Source: Actinomycetes bacterium
Lineage (GTDB): Bacteria > Actinomycetota > Acidimicrobiia > Acidimicrobiales > Bog-793
Assembly (NCBI GenBank): GCA_021803215.1
Contig: JAJZLV010000125.1
Span: 1-47,667 of the forward strand
Length of the DNA: 47,667 bases
Direction: 5' to 3'
Of this stretch, positions 18,349-27,992 are shown piece after piece. Below the pieces are notes generated by a model that was not told where the DNA came from, searched no databases, and was given only the letters and a program-made list of their open reading frames with translations. Made by a program: the position numbers and the translations under genes. The first letter of the stretch is position 1. Every line of letters starts with the position of its first letter.

Positions 18349-19152
18349 GTGATCAACGTCTCGGAGGGAAGGGACCCGGCCCGCATCTCGGCCATCGCCG
18401 AGGCGGCCGGCTCGAGCCTGGTCGATCTCCACAGCGACCCCTACCACCATCGGAGCGTCTACACCCTGGCCGGCCAGCCCGACGAGGTCGAGGAGAAGGC
18501 CCTCTCCCTCTCCTTGCGGGCCGTCGAGCTCCTCGACTTGCGGAGCCACCAGGGCGTCCACCCCCGCCTCGGGGTGGTCGACGTCGTGCCCTTCGTGCCG
18601 CTCGGCTCCCCACCGCCCGGCGAGGAGCGCTTCGCCCGGGCGAGCGAGGCGAGGGCCCGCTTCGCCGGGGCGATGGCCAAGGCCGGCGTGCCCTGCTTCC
18701 TCTACGGGAGCGAGCGCTCCCTCCCCGAGGTGAGAAGGCGGGCCTTCGTCGACCTGTTGCCCGATGTCGGCCCGTCAGAGCCGCACCCGACCGCCGGGGC
18801 CTGCTGTGTCGGGGTGAGGGACTTCCTCGTCGCCTACAACCTCGTCATAAAGGGCCCGCCTGAGCTGGCGAGAGAGATCGCCCGGCGGATCCGCCGGCCG
18901 GAGCTGCGGGCCCTCGGCTTCGACCTCGGAGGAGAGAGCCAGGTCTCCTGCAACCTCCTGTCGCCCGAGACCCTCGGCCCCGGCGAGCTCTTCGACGAGG
19001 TCTCCGAGCTGGCCCCGGTCGTGAGGACCGAGCTCGTCGGGCTGGTTCCCCGCTCCGTCCTGGAACGGGTCGCCCCAAAGCGCTGGGGGGCCCTCGACCT
19101 CTCGGTGGGAAAGACGATCGAAAGGGCCCTCGAGGCAAAGAAGGGCTCTTAG
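18349..19152 (+). CDS. Glutamate formimidoyltransferase (FTCD N-terminal type)
   Basis: INVSEGRD, DLHSDPYHHRSVYTL, HQGVHPRLGVVDVVPFVP, HPTAGA, LVAYN, QVSCNL, ELVGLVP. Confidence 0.9.
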   Translation: MINVSEGRDPARISAIAEAAGSSLVDLHSDPYHHRSVYTLAGQPDEVEEKALSLSLRAVELLDLRSHQGVHPRLGVVDVVPFVPLGSPPPGEERFARASEARARFAGAMAKAGVPCFLYGSERSLPEVRRRAFVDLLPDVGPSEPHPTAGACCVGVRDFLVAYNLVIKGPPELAREIARRIRRPELRALGFDLGGESQVSCNLLSPETLGPGELFDEVSELAPVVRTELVGLVPRSVLERVAPKRWGALDLSVGKTIERALEAKKGS

Positions 19153-19427
19153 GCCGAGACCTCGTCGTGATGGGCCAGCACGCGGGCCCGGCGCACCCGG
19201 CGCCGCTCCCGCTCGCTCATGCCGCCCCAGATGCCGAACTTCTCGCCGTGGGCGATGGCGTACTCGAGGCACTCCTGTTGCACGACGCAGCCACGGCAGA
19301 CGGCCTTGGCCTCACGGGTCGAGGCTCCCCTCTCGGGGAAGAAGAGCTCGGGGTCGACTCCCATGCAGTTCGCCCGGGACTGCCATGACTTGTCGAGACC
19401 TTCTGTGAACAACGAGGTGAGTGCCAC
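19149..19427 (-). CDS. WhiB family transcriptional regulator (WhiB/WhiB2-like)
   Basis: WQSRANC, DPELFFPERGASTREAKAVCRGC, CLEYA, EKFGIWGGMSERERR; RBS GGGGAGG. Confidence 0.95.
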   Translation of the reverse strand: MALTSLFTEGLDKSWQSRANCMGVDPELFFPERGASTREAKAVCRGCVVQQECLEYAIAHGEKFGIWGGMSERERRRVRRARVLAHHDEVSA

Positions 19428-19457
19428 CAGATCCTCCCCTTCGGTGGACTGTCAAAC

Positions 19458-19478
19458 GTGTAACTACACGCTTGTAGT
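19458..19478. promoter_or_regulatory. Overlapping inverted repeats upstream of whiB
   Basis: GTGTA-AC-TACAC (19458-19469) overlaps ACTACA-CGCT-TGTAGT (19463-19478) in an AT-rich patch 30-50 bp upstream of the start. Confidence 0.5.
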
Positions 19479-19529
19479 CATCATCTACCCAATCGCGGGC
19501 GATCGCAAGGGGGGATCTGGTGGGCTTGC

Positions 19530-21611
19530 TCAGGCGAGGCGGCGCGCCCGGCCGGCCGGGCGCCCGCCCGGTGGCGCCCCGAGCGACCTCCGGTTCTCGA
19601 TGAAGTCGACCAGCAGGTAGTCGCCCAGGTTCTCCGGCGTCGTGAAGAAGGCTCTCCCCTTGTTGAGCTGGGTGATCTTCTCGATGAACTCCCGCAGGTG
19701 CCCGGTGGCGTCGAGGGCGAAGGTGTTGAGGCGGATGCTCTCTCGCGTGAGGCGCAGCACCTCCGCCAAGGTGGCGTCGACCGTGGCCCTGACCGGCGGG
19801 TAGTTGAAGAAGACCTCGCCGTCCTCCATCAGGTGGGCCGTCGGCTCGCCGTCGGTGATCATGATGATCTGCTTGGAGCCCGGCTCGCGGGCGAGGAGCC
19901 GCCTCGCGATCATGAAGGCGTGCTGCATGTTCGTCCCGTAGACGAAGTCCCACGAGACCTCGGGCAGCTCGGCCGCTCTTATCTCCCGGGCCGTCTCGGA
20001 GAAGCCGACGATGCCGAGGTAGTCGCGGGGGAACTGGCTCGAGATGAGCGAGTGCAGCGCCATCGCCACCTTCTTGGCGGCGAGGAAGTTGTCCCGCATC
20101 GGCATCGAGAGGGAGAGGTCGAGCATCAGCACGCTGGCACAGCGCGTCAGGTGCTCGGTCTGCTCGACCTCGAAGTCGTCCGGGCGCAGGCGGACCGGGA
20201 AGCTCACGGCCGCCCGGGCGGCGGCACCGCCGGAGCGCTCGACCCGCTCGGCCTCCCGTCCGATGGCGTTGCGCACGGTCCGCTCGATGTGGAGGTTGAA
20301 CGGGTCGCCCAGCTCGTAGGGCTTGGTCCACTCGGCCCGCTCATGCCCAGAGCCGGTCGCCACCAGCTCGTGGCCGCCCAGGCGGTCCTTCGCGAGGCGG
20401 GAGAAGAGCTCTTTGAGCGCCCGCTGGCCGATCTTCCTCAGCCCTGCCGGGGTGAGCTCGAGCCGGCCCTCTCTCGTCTCGACCAGCCCGGACTCCTCGA
20501 GCCGCCGGGCCAGGCGGGCCAGCTGGTCGAGCGAGTCGGCCGCCTGCTCGCCGAGCAGCTGGCGGGCCCGGTCGAGGTCGACCTCGGCGAGGGCGCCCGG
20601 CTGCGGCGCGCCCGAGAGGAGCTGCTCCAGCTGGTCGAGCTCGGCCAGCTCCTGGAAGACGTCGGAGGCCTCCGAGAGCCCGATCGCCTGGCCGCCCGAG
20701 AACTCGACCCGCCTCTCCCAGGCTGCGTCGGGGAAGAGCGATCGGAGGTTCGCCCCGAGCCGATTCACCTGCCAGGAGAGGTCCAGGTCGCCCAGCAGCT
20801 CGTCCATCAGCTGGCTGAGCTGGCTCCGCTGGCCGGGGCTCATCGAGGCGAGCATGGCCGAGGTGGCCGCCATCCGCTCCGCCAGCTGCTCCAACAGCTC
20901 GTCGAGGCTCTTCGGGTTGCCGGGGAAGAGCTCGCCGAACTCCGACATGAACTGCTCGAAGCTCGGGTCGAGCTCCTGGCCGGCCTGTCGCTGCTCGATC
21001 ATCTTGTTGAGGGCGTCGAGCGCCTGGCGGAGCCGCTCTTTTTGCTCCTCTCCCATCCCGGCCAGGGAAGTGGCCGTCTGGTCGAGGTAGCTCTGGACGA
21101 CCTCCTGGCGGAGCCGCGCGAGCAGCTCCTCGAAGCGCTCCCTCGCCTCCGGCGAGGTGAACTCGTAGCCCGAGAGAGCCCTCAGCCTGCCGGCCAGGTC
21201 ATCTGGGAGCAGGCCGAGCTCCATCTCCTTGTCGGAGACGACCTCTCGGGTGACCTCCTGCCGCCGCTCGTCGCCCGAGGCCTCGGCCTCTCCGAGCAGC
21301 TGGCTCAAGGCCTCCTTCTCGCTGGCGACGATCTCGTCGAGCTGGCGGGCGATCTCGGAGAACCCGCCCCCCAGGTCGTAGCGCTCCTGGGCCTCCCGCC
21401 GGCGCTGGCGGAGCCGCTCGAGCAGCTCCCGCAGACCGGCGACCTCCCGACCCTTGCGGTCCTTGAAGCCGCTTTGCATCATCTGGCGCAGAGCGGCGTT
21501 GACGTCACCGTGGTAGATGAGCTCGTCGTTGATCTCGTCGAAGATGGCATCGGCGTCGAGGTCGAAGCCGGCCTGGCTCCCGTCCCAGCGCGAGTAGTGG
21601 AAGCCCCTCAC
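19530..21611 (-). CDS. VWA domain-containing protein (partner of the AAA+ ATPase)
   Basis: FHYSRWDGSQ start; MIDAS DLSLSM, YGTNMQHA, IIMITDGEPTAH; GTG 21611 overlaps the upstream stop. Confidence 0.9.
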   Translation of the reverse strand: MRGFHYSRWDGSQAGFDLDADAIFDEINDELIYHGDVNAALRQMMQSGFKDRKGREVAGLRELLERLRQRRREAQERYDLGGGFSEIARQLDEIVASEKEALSQLLGEAEASGDERRQEVTREVVSDKEMELGLLPDDLAGRLRALSGYEFTSPEARERFEELLARLRQEVVQSYLDQTATSLAGMGEEQKERLRQALDALNKMIEQRQAGQELDPSFEQFMSEFGELFPGNPKSLDELLEQLAERMAATSAMLASMSPGQRSQLSQLMDELLGDLDLSWQVNRLGANLRSLFPDAAWERRVEFSGGQAIGLSEASDVFQELAELDQLEQLLSGAPQPGALAEVDLDRARQLLGEQAADSLDQLARLARRLEESGLVETREGRLELTPAGLRKIGQRALKELFSRLAKDRLGGHELVATGSGHERAEWTKPYELGDPFNLHIERTVRNAIGREAERVERSGGAAARAAVSFPVRLRPDDFEVEQTEHLTRCASVLMLDLSLSMPMRDNFLAAKKVAMALHSLISSQFPRDYLGIVGFSETAREIRAAELPEVSWDFVYGTNMQHAFMIARRLLAREPGSKQIIMITDGEPTAHLMEDGEVFFNYPPVRATVDATLAEVLRLTRESIRLNTFALDATGHLREFIEKITQLNKGRAFFTTPENLGDYLLVDFIENRRSLGAPPGGRPAGRARRLA

Positions 21612-23071
21612 GACCTGGTCCGGTAGGTGGCCCGCGGCCCGGCGGCCTCCTTGTTGAGCCGCTTGGAGAGGTGGAGGCCCTCGAGGACGAGCTCGACGGC
21701 GCTCGCCACCATGCCCGGGCTCTCGGAGCCGGCCAGCGCCCTCACGGGCTGGCGAAGAGCCGGGACGGCCTCCAGCACGGCGAGGTAGTCGGCCGAGGAG
21801 AGGTCCGGGCCGGCGTGCACGACCCGGCCGTCCTCGAAGGCGCCCACCACCTGGCCGAGCTGGTCGGTCGGGCAGTCCTCCCGGAAGGTCTGCAGGACGG
21901 CCGCCCGCACGAGGCGGTCGACGATCTCCTCGTCCTCCCCCTCCTCGAGCGACTCGATCTCGAGCTTGCCGAGGGTGGAGGAGAGGAGCGACTCGAGGTC
22001 GCTCACCCGGGGGACCGCCTCCGCCTCCTTGTGGCGGACGGCCCGGCGCACGGCGGCGGCCGTCAGGGTCTCGTAGTTGGCGACGGAGAGGCGCACCGAG
22101 ACCCCAGAGTGCTGGCTCACCCGGGGGGAGCGCCGGGCGAGCTGGCTCAGGCGGGCGACCACCTCGGCCATGAAGGCCGGCATCTCGACTCGCACCCCGA
22201 CGTCGTCGAGCGGCTCTGCCTCCTGGGAGATGATGGCGAGCTCGGTCTCGACGTCGAGCGGGTAGTGGGTGCGCACCCTCGTCCCGAAGCGGTCCTTGAG
22301 CGGGGTGATGATGCGGCCCCGGTTGGTGTAGTCCTCCGGGTTGGCCGAGGCGACCAGCACGACGTCGAGCGGTAGGCGCACCTTGTGGCCCCGGATCTGG
22401 ACGTCGCGCTCCTCGAGCACGTCGAGCAGGCCGACCTGGATCCGCTCGGCCAGGTCCGGCAGCTCGTTGATGGCGAAGATGCCCCGGTTGGTGCGGGGCA
22501 CGAGGCCGTAGTGGATCGTGAGCTCGTCGGAGAGGTAGCGACCCTCGGCCACCTTGATCGGGTCGACCTCTCCGATCACATCGGCGATCGAGGTGTCGGG
22601 CGTAGCGAGCTTCTCGCCGTAGCGCTGGCTGCGGTGCACCCAGGTGAGAGGGGTCTCCTCCCCCTTCTCGGCGAGAAGGTCGCGGGCGTGCCGGCTGACG
22701 GGCGCATAGGGGTCGTCGTTTATCTCCGAGCCGGCGACGGCCGGCACCCACTCGTCGAGCAACCCGACGAGGGAGCGGATGATGCGGCTCTTCGCCTGGC
22801 CCCGCTCGCCGAGGAAGATGATGTCGTGGCCGGCGATGATCGCCTGCTCGATGGCCGGCAGCACGGTCTCGTCGTAGCCGAGCACCCCCTCCACGACCGG
22901 GCGGCCCTCGGCGAGGCGGGCGAGGAGGTTCTTTCGCAGCTCCTTTTTGACAGGAAGCGATCGCCAGCCGGAGGCTCTCAGCTCGCCGAGGGTGCGCGCC
23001 GCAGGGGCCGGCGAGGTCGGCCTTGGGCCGGGAGGAGTGTTCGGCTCGAGATGGTCCGCGGTGTTGCTCAC
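21608..23071 (-). CDS. Magnesium-chelatase-like AAA+ ATPase
   Basis: RTLGELRASG, Walker A GERGQAKS, FAINELPDL, SANPEDYTNRGRIITPLKDRFG. Confidence 0.92.
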   Translation of the reverse strand: MSNTADHLEPNTPPGPRPTSPAPAARTLGELRASGWRSLPVKKELRKNLLARLAEGRPVVEGVLGYDETVLPAIEQAIIAGHDIIFLGERGQAKSRIIRSLVGLLDEWVPAVAGSEINDDPYAPVSRHARDLLAEKGEETPLTWVHRSQRYGEKLATPDTSIADVIGEVDPIKVAEGRYLSDELTIHYGLVPRTNRGIFAINELPDLAERIQVGLLDVLEERDVQIRGHKVRLPLDVVLVASANPEDYTNRGRIITPLKDRFGTRVRTHYPLDVETELAIISQEAEPLDDVGVRVEMPAFMAEVVARLSQLARRSPRVSQHSGVSVRLSVANYETLTAAAVRRAVRHKEAEAVPRVSDLESLLSSTLGKLEIESLEEGEDEEIVDRLVRAAVLQTFREDCPTDQLGQVVGAFEDGRVVHAGPDLSSADYLAVLEAVPALRQPVRALAGSESPGMVASAVELVLEGLHLSKRLNKEAAGPRATYRTRS

Positions 23072-23164
23072 GGTTCGAGCCTACGATCCGCAACCGGCGG
23101 CTGGTTCGCCCGCCGGCGGGCCGAGGTGGAATGATCGAGGCGTTTTCCGAGACGGAGGTGTGCG

Positions 23165-24019
23165 TTGAGCGTCGTTGAAGGGACTGCGAGGCCCGCGCCG
23201 ATCCCGGTCGAGATCGGGCGGGCGCGAGGCGGGCCACCCCGATCGAAGGTCCTCCGACGAGACCTCTGGTGGCTGCAGCCGCTCGCCATCGCCCTCGGCC
23301 TGGCGGCCTTCGTCGGCTACGGCGTCTGGACGGCCTTCCGGGGCGACTACTACTTCGCCGGCGCCCATGCCCACTACCTCTCGCCCTTCTACTCCCCCTG
23401 TTTCGTGCGAAGCTGCCCGACCGACGTCGTCTGGGGCCCGGCCGGCTCGATCGGCTCGGTCTCGCCGGCCCTTTTGGTCCTCATCTTCCCGATGGGCTTC
23501 CGGGTCACCTGCTACTACTACCGGAAGACCTACTACCGCTCCTTCTGGGCCTCTCCCCCGGCCTGCGCGGTGGCCGACGCCGGCTCGACCAAGCCGGGCG
23601 GTGCCCGCTCCCGCTACAGCGGTGAGACCCGCTTCCCGCTCATCCTGCAGAACATCCACCGCTACTTCTGGTACGTGGCGGTGCTCTTCGCCGGCATCTT
23701 GACCTGGGACGCCATCGACGCCTTCCGCTTCGGGCCGAACGGCTGGGGCCTCGGCCTCGGCACGATCTTTTTCGTCGTGAACGCCGGGCTTATCTGGGCC
23801 TACACCCTCGGCTGCCATGCCTGCCGGCACCTTTGCGGCGGCGGGCTGAAGAGGTTCTCGCAGGCTCCGGTCCGCTTCGCCATCTGGCGCAAGGTCGTGA
23901 GCCCGCTCAACGCCCACCACCAGCTCTTTGCCTGGCTCTCGCTCTTTTGGATCGCCTGGACCGACTTCTACGTCTACCTGGTCTCCTCCGGCGCCATCCA
24001 CGACCCGAGGCTGTTCTGA
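23165..24019 (+). CDS. Succinate dehydrogenase membrane anchor (mycobacterial Sdh1 type)
   Basis: YLSPFYSPC, FRVTCYYYRKTYYRSFWASPPACAV, YSGETRFPLILQNIHRYF, CHACRH, HQLFAW. Confidence 0.9.
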   Translation: MSVVEGTARPAPIPVEIGRARGGPPRSKVLRRDLWWLQPLAIALGLAAFVGYGVWTAFRGDYYFAGAHAHYLSPFYSPCFVRSCPTDVVWGPAGSIGSVSPALLVLIFPMGFRVTCYYYRKTYYRSFWASPPACAVADAGSTKPGGARSRYSGETRFPLILQNIHRYFWYVAVLFAGILTWDAIDAFRFGPNGWGLGLGTIFFVVNAGLIWAYTLGCHACRHLCGGGLKRFSQAPVRFAIWRKVVSPLNAHHQLFAWLSLFWIAWTDFYVYLVSSGAIHDPRLF

Positions 24020-25863
24020 TGGCGAGCGTCGACTACGAGCGCCATGACTACGACGTGCTCGTCATCGGGGCCGGCGGGGCGGGGATGCGGGCCGCCATCG
24101 AGTCGCTCGAGCAGGGCTGCCGGACCGCCCTTGTCTGCAAGTCGCTCTTCGGGAAGGCCCACACCGTGATGGCCGAGGGCGGGATGGCGGCCGCCCTCGG
24201 CAACGTCTGGCCGGAGGACAACTGGCAGGTCCACTTCCGCGACACCATGCGGGGCGGCAAGATGCTCAACAACTGGCGCATGGCCCAGCTCCATGCCCAG
24301 GAGGCCCCCGACCGGGTCCTCGAGCTCGAGGCCTGGGGGGCCCTGTTCGACCGCACCCCTGACGGCCGCATCCTGCAGCGGGACTTCGGCGGGCACCGCT
24401 ACGCCCGCCTCGCCCATGTCGGCGACCGGACCGGCCTCGAGCTGATCCGCACCACCCAGCAGCGGGCCGTCGGCCTCGGCATCGACGTCTACATGGAGCT
24501 GAAGATCGTCCGGCTGCTCAAGAACGACTCGGGCGAGGTGATCGGGGCGGTCGGCTTCTACCGGGATAAGGGCAACTTCGTCGTCTTCTCGGCCAAGTCG
24601 ATCGTGCTCGCCACCGGCGGGGTCGGCAAGAGCTGGAAGTTCACCTCGAACTCCTGGGAGTCGACCGGCGACGGGCACGCCCTGGCACTTTGGGCCGGGG
24701 CCGACGCCATCGAGATGGAGTGCGTCCAGTTCCACCCGACCGGCATGATCTGGCCCACCTCGGCCCGGGGCCTCCTCGTGACAGAGGGGGTCAGGGGAGA
24801 CGGCGGCGTCCTCAAGAACTCAGAGGGCGAGCGGTTCATGTTCAACTACATCTCGCCCTATTTCAAAGACGAGACGGCCGAGACGATCGAAGAGGGCGAC
24901 AAGTGGTACGAGGACAAGGTCAACTACCGCCGTCCGCCTGAGCTCCTCCCCCGCGACGAGGTGGCGAGAGCCATCAACTCAGAGGTGAAGGCCGGCCGGG
25001 GCAGCCCGCACGGCGGCGTCTTTTTGGACATCGCCTCGCGGCGCTCGCCCGAGTACATAAAAAGGCGCCTCCCCTCGATGTACCACCAGTTCAAGCAGCT
25101 GGCCGACGTCGACATCACGGCCGTCCCGATGGAGATCGGCCCGACCTGCCACTACATCATGGGCGGGATCAGGGTCGACGCCGACACCGAGGAGACCGCC
25201 GTGGCCGGCCTCTTCGCGGCCGGCGAGGTGGCCGGCGGCATGCACGGGGCCAACCGCCTCGGGGGCAACTCCCTCTCGGACCTCCTCGTCTTCGGACGAC
25301 GAGCCGGCCTGGCGGCCGCCGAGCGGGCCAAGGCCAGCTCGGTCGAGACCACCCTCAGCGAGGCCCAGATAAAAGAGGTCATCGACCATGCCACCTCGTT
25401 CTTCGCCAACGAAGGGGGCGAGAACCCCTACGACCTCCACCACGAGCTGCAAGAGACCATGCAGAACCTCGTCGGCATCATCCGGACCGAGTCCGAGCTC
25501 ATCGAGGCGAAGGAGAAGCTCGCAGAGCTCGGCGAGCGGGCGAAGAAGGTCACCGCCACCGGCGGCCGCGAGTTCAACCCCGGCTGGCACCTCGCCCTCG
25601 ACCTCGAGTCGATGCTGGCGGTCGCCAACTGCACGACCCTCTCGGCCATCGAGCGGAAAGAGAGCCGGGGCGGCCACACCCGGGACGACTACCCCAAGGC
25701 CGACCCGGAGCTCGAGAAGGTCAACATGGTGAGCCGCTACCGGGAGGGCAACTACAGCGTCACCCCCGAGCCGAAGCCCGAGATGCCACCCGAGCTGATG
25801 GCCCTCATAGAGCTGAGCGAGGGCGAGGGTAAAAGCGCCCCCGCCAAGGAGGAGAGCAAGTGA
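24019..25863 (+). CDS. sdhA: Succinate dehydrogenase/fumarate reductase flavoprotein subunit
   Basis: VIGAGGAG, KAHTVMAEGG (FAD-binding His), QFHPTG, TEGVRGDGG, CHYIMGG, HGANRLGGNSL, ESRGGH. Confidence 0.95.
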   Translation: MASVDYERHDYDVLVIGAGGAGMRAAIESLEQGCRTALVCKSLFGKAHTVMAEGGMAAALGNVWPEDNWQVHFRDTMRGGKMLNNWRMAQLHAQEAPDRVLELEAWGALFDRTPDGRILQRDFGGHRYARLAHVGDRTGLELIRTTQQRAVGLGIDVYMELKIVRLLKNDSGEVIGAVGFYRDKGNFVVFSAKSIVLATGGVGKSWKFTSNSWESTGDGHALALWAGADAIEMECVQFHPTGMIWPTSARGLLVTEGVRGDGGVLKNSEGERFMFNYISPYFKDETAETIEEGDKWYEDKVNYRRPPELLPRDEVARAINSEVKAGRGSPHGGVFLDIASRRSPEYIKRRLPSMYHQFKQLADVDITAVPMEIGPTCHYIMGGIRVDADTEETAVAGLFAAGEVAGGMHGANRLGGNSLSDLLVFGRRAGLAAAERAKASSVETTLSEAQIKEVIDHATSFFANEGGENPYDLHHELQETMQNLVGIIRTESELIEAKEKLAELGERAKKVTATGGREFNPGWHLALDLESMLAVANCTTLSAIERKESRGGHTRDDYPKADPELEKVNMVSRYREGNYSVTPEPKPEMPPELMALIELSEGEGKSAPAKEESK

Positions 25864-26699
25864 GCGCGGTCAGCACCGGTGAGCTTTTGATGAAGCTGTG
25901 GCGAGGCGACGCCAGCGGCGGCGACTTCGTCGAGTACCGCCTCCCGGCCCAAGAGGGCGAGGTCGTGCTGGACGTCGTCCACCGCATCCAGGCGACCGAG
26001 GCGCCGGACCTGGCCGTCAGATGGAACTGCAAGGCGGGAAAGTGCGGCTCCTGCTCGGCCGAGATCAACGGCCAGCCCCGGCTCATGTGCATGACGAGGA
26101 TGTCGACCCTTCCGATCGACGAGCCGATCACCATCTCGCCCATGCGGACCTTCCCGGTCATACGAGACCTCGTCACAGACGTCTCGTACAACTACGAGGT
26201 CGCGAAGCTGATCCCCTCTTTCACCCCGGGACCTCGCCCGGCCGAGGGCTACCGGATGTTCCAGGTCGACGTGGAGCGGGGCCAGGAGTTCCGGAAGTGC
26301 ATCGAGTGCTTCTTGTGCCAGAACGTCTGTCACGTGATCAGGGACCACGAGGAGAACAAGGCGCACTACGCCGGGCCCCGCTTCCTCGCCCGGCTCGCCG
26401 AGCTCGAGATGCACCCGCTCGACACCCTCGACCGAAGGGCCTACATCGCAGAGAGGATGGGGCTCGGCTACTGCAACATCACGAAGTGCTGCACCGAGGT
26501 CTGCCCCGAGGGCATCCACATCACCGACAACGCCATCATCCCCTTGAAAGAGCGGGTCGTCGACCAGCGCTACGACCCGGTCGCCTGGCTCGGCCGGAAG
26601 ATCCGGGGCAGGCCGCGCCCGATGACGCCGGCCGACGTCGAGCCCTACACCGGGGCGGCCGCCAAAGCGGCCCGGGCCGGCCAGGCCGAGGCCTCCTGA
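25860..26699 (+). CDS. sdhB: Succinate dehydrogenase/fumarate reductase iron-sulfur subunit
   Basis: CKAGKCGSC...LMC, CIECFLCQNVC, CNITKCCTEVCP. Confidence 0.95.
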   Translation: MSAVSTGELLMKLWRGDASGGDFVEYRLPAQEGEVVLDVVHRIQATEAPDLAVRWNCKAGKCGSCSAEINGQPRLMCMTRMSTLPIDEPITISPMRTFPVIRDLVTDVSYNYEVAKLIPSFTPGPRPAEGYRMFQVDVERGQEFRKCIECFLCQNVCHVIRDHEENKAHYAGPRFLARLAELEMHPLDTLDRRAYIAERMGLGYCNITKCCTEVCPEGIHITDNAIIPLKERVVDQRYDPVAWLGRKIRGRPRPMTPADVEPYTGAAAKAARAGQAEAS

Positions 26700-26701
26700 G
26701 C

Positions 26702-27079
26702 TTGCAGCCGGCCTTCGCCTCGAGCGAGTGGCTCGAGGCCCTGGCGGCCCGCCTGGCCCGGTCGGGCGCCGTCCCGGAGGGAGAGGCCGTCTGGCTCCGC
26801 CAGGTCGTCACCGACCTGCCGGAGGGCGGGGCCACCAGCTGGGTCGTCGTGCTCGAGCCGGGCGCGGCGCCCCGGGTGGAGCGGGGCGGGAGCGAGGAGG
26901 CCGACATCACCCTCGTCGCCAGCTACGGCTCGCTTGCAGAGCTCGCCTCCCGCAAGAAGACGGCAGCCGAGCTGCTGGCCGATGGAGAGATGAAGATCGA
27001 GGGCGACGTCGCCAAGCTTCTCGGGGCTGCCGGGCTCCTCGAGGCGCTCTCGGCCGCGCTGGCGGGCCTGGGGGCCTGA
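26702..27079 (+). CDS. SCP2 sterol-binding domain protein
   Basis: FASSEWLEAL, LRQVVTD, EADITL, GEMKIEGDVAKL; TTG start inferred just after sdhB. Confidence 0.8.
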   Translation: MQPAFASSEWLEALAARLARSGAVPEGEAVWLRQVVTDLPEGGATSWVVVLEPGAAPRVERGGSEEADITLVASYGSLAELASRKKTAAELLADGEMKIEGDVAKLLGAAGLLEALSAALAGLGA

Positions 27080-27167
27080 GCCGTCACTCAACTGTCATGC
27101 AGCAGCCATCGACTTCTAAGGACCGGGCGATATCCTTCGCGTACTGGAGCTACGGAAGGAGCAGCCA

Positions 27168-27377
27168 ATGAGCCTGACCGGAGTGATCGACGATCACGTT
27201 CTCCACCATTACCGGGAGCTGCTCGACCAGGAGGATTCCGCCTTCGACGAGCTCGAGCATGCCTACGAGGAAGGCGATCGCAACCACTTCGAGTCGGACT
27301 TCAGCTGCTGGACGGCTGCCGTGCGAAAGCGGCTCGCCTACCTGAGACGCCTGGGCGTGGAGATCGAGACCCCCTGA
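27168..27377 (+). CDS. Small hypothetical protein
   Basis: RBS AAGGAG; acidic helical 69-aa product. Confidence 0.75.
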   Translation: MSLTGVIDDHVLHHYRELLDQEDSAFDELEHAYEEGDRNHFESDFSCWTAAVRKRLAYLRRLGVEIETP

Positions 27378-27433
27378 CCGTGCTGGTCTCCGCTGTGTCG
27401 CTCGGACTCCGCGAGGCACCTCTCTAAAGACGA

Positions 27434-27990
27434 GTGCCCGTATCTCCGGGCGCCTTCGTCTCTCATCTTGTCGACGCCGAGGAGGCTGCCCGGATCGGAA
27501 AGGGAGCCTCGATCTGGCAGCGGACGAAGCTCCGCCGCGGCGCCGTGATCGGAGAGAACACAAGGCTCGGCGGCTCTTTGTACATCGGGTTGGACGTGCA
27601 AATCAGCAAGAGCTGCAAGCTCGAGAACGCCGAACATCTTTGAAGCTGGCCTGGCCGGTGACTGCGTCTTCATCGGCCCCGGAGCTCTGCTCCTCAGTGA
27701 CCGCTCTCCGCGGGCCGACCGCGGGCGGGGCGCCAGAGGCCGAGGACGACTGGAGGGCCTCGGGCGTCGTCGATGACAGAGCCTCGATCGGAGGTGACGT
27801 CGCGGCCCTCCCAGGCGCACGGATCGGCCCATGGGCCTGAGCGGGGCCGGAGCACTCGTCACCGGGACATGCCGCCGTTCGCCCTCGTGATCGATAGCCC
27901 CGGTCGGCGGATCGGAACCTCGGCCGCTGTGCCCCGCCGGGACGAGGTGGCGGCTCGTCCGCTTGCTGCGGCCTCAGCCTTGCCATCGAC
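27434..27990 (+). pseudogene. Hexapeptide-repeat sugar N-acetyltransferase pseudogene (WbpD-like)
   Basis: ARIGKGASIW...GAVIGEN...YIGLDVQI, then shifted frames CVFIGPGA, ASIGG..LPGARIGPWA*, PPFALV..PGRRIG. 3' end approximate. Confidence 0.75.
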
Positions 27991-27992
27991 GA

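Noticed and set aside
21608-23071. Chlorophyll or cobalamin chelatase pathway
   Set aside because: No large chelatase subunit or tetrapyrrole genes; it fits the generic actinobacterial AAA+/VWA pair.
19530-23237. 1235-aa giant ORF
   Set aside because: The N-terminal part is an Arg/Pro-rich alternative frame over the AAA+ gene; the VWA gene starts at 21611.
1917-26519. Long antisense or alternative-frame ORFs (e.g. 1917-3563, 3016-5052, 7130-8950, 11989-13587, 19698-21626)
   Set aside because: Shadow frames expected in high-GC3 coding DNA; they overlap well-supported genes and lack motifs.
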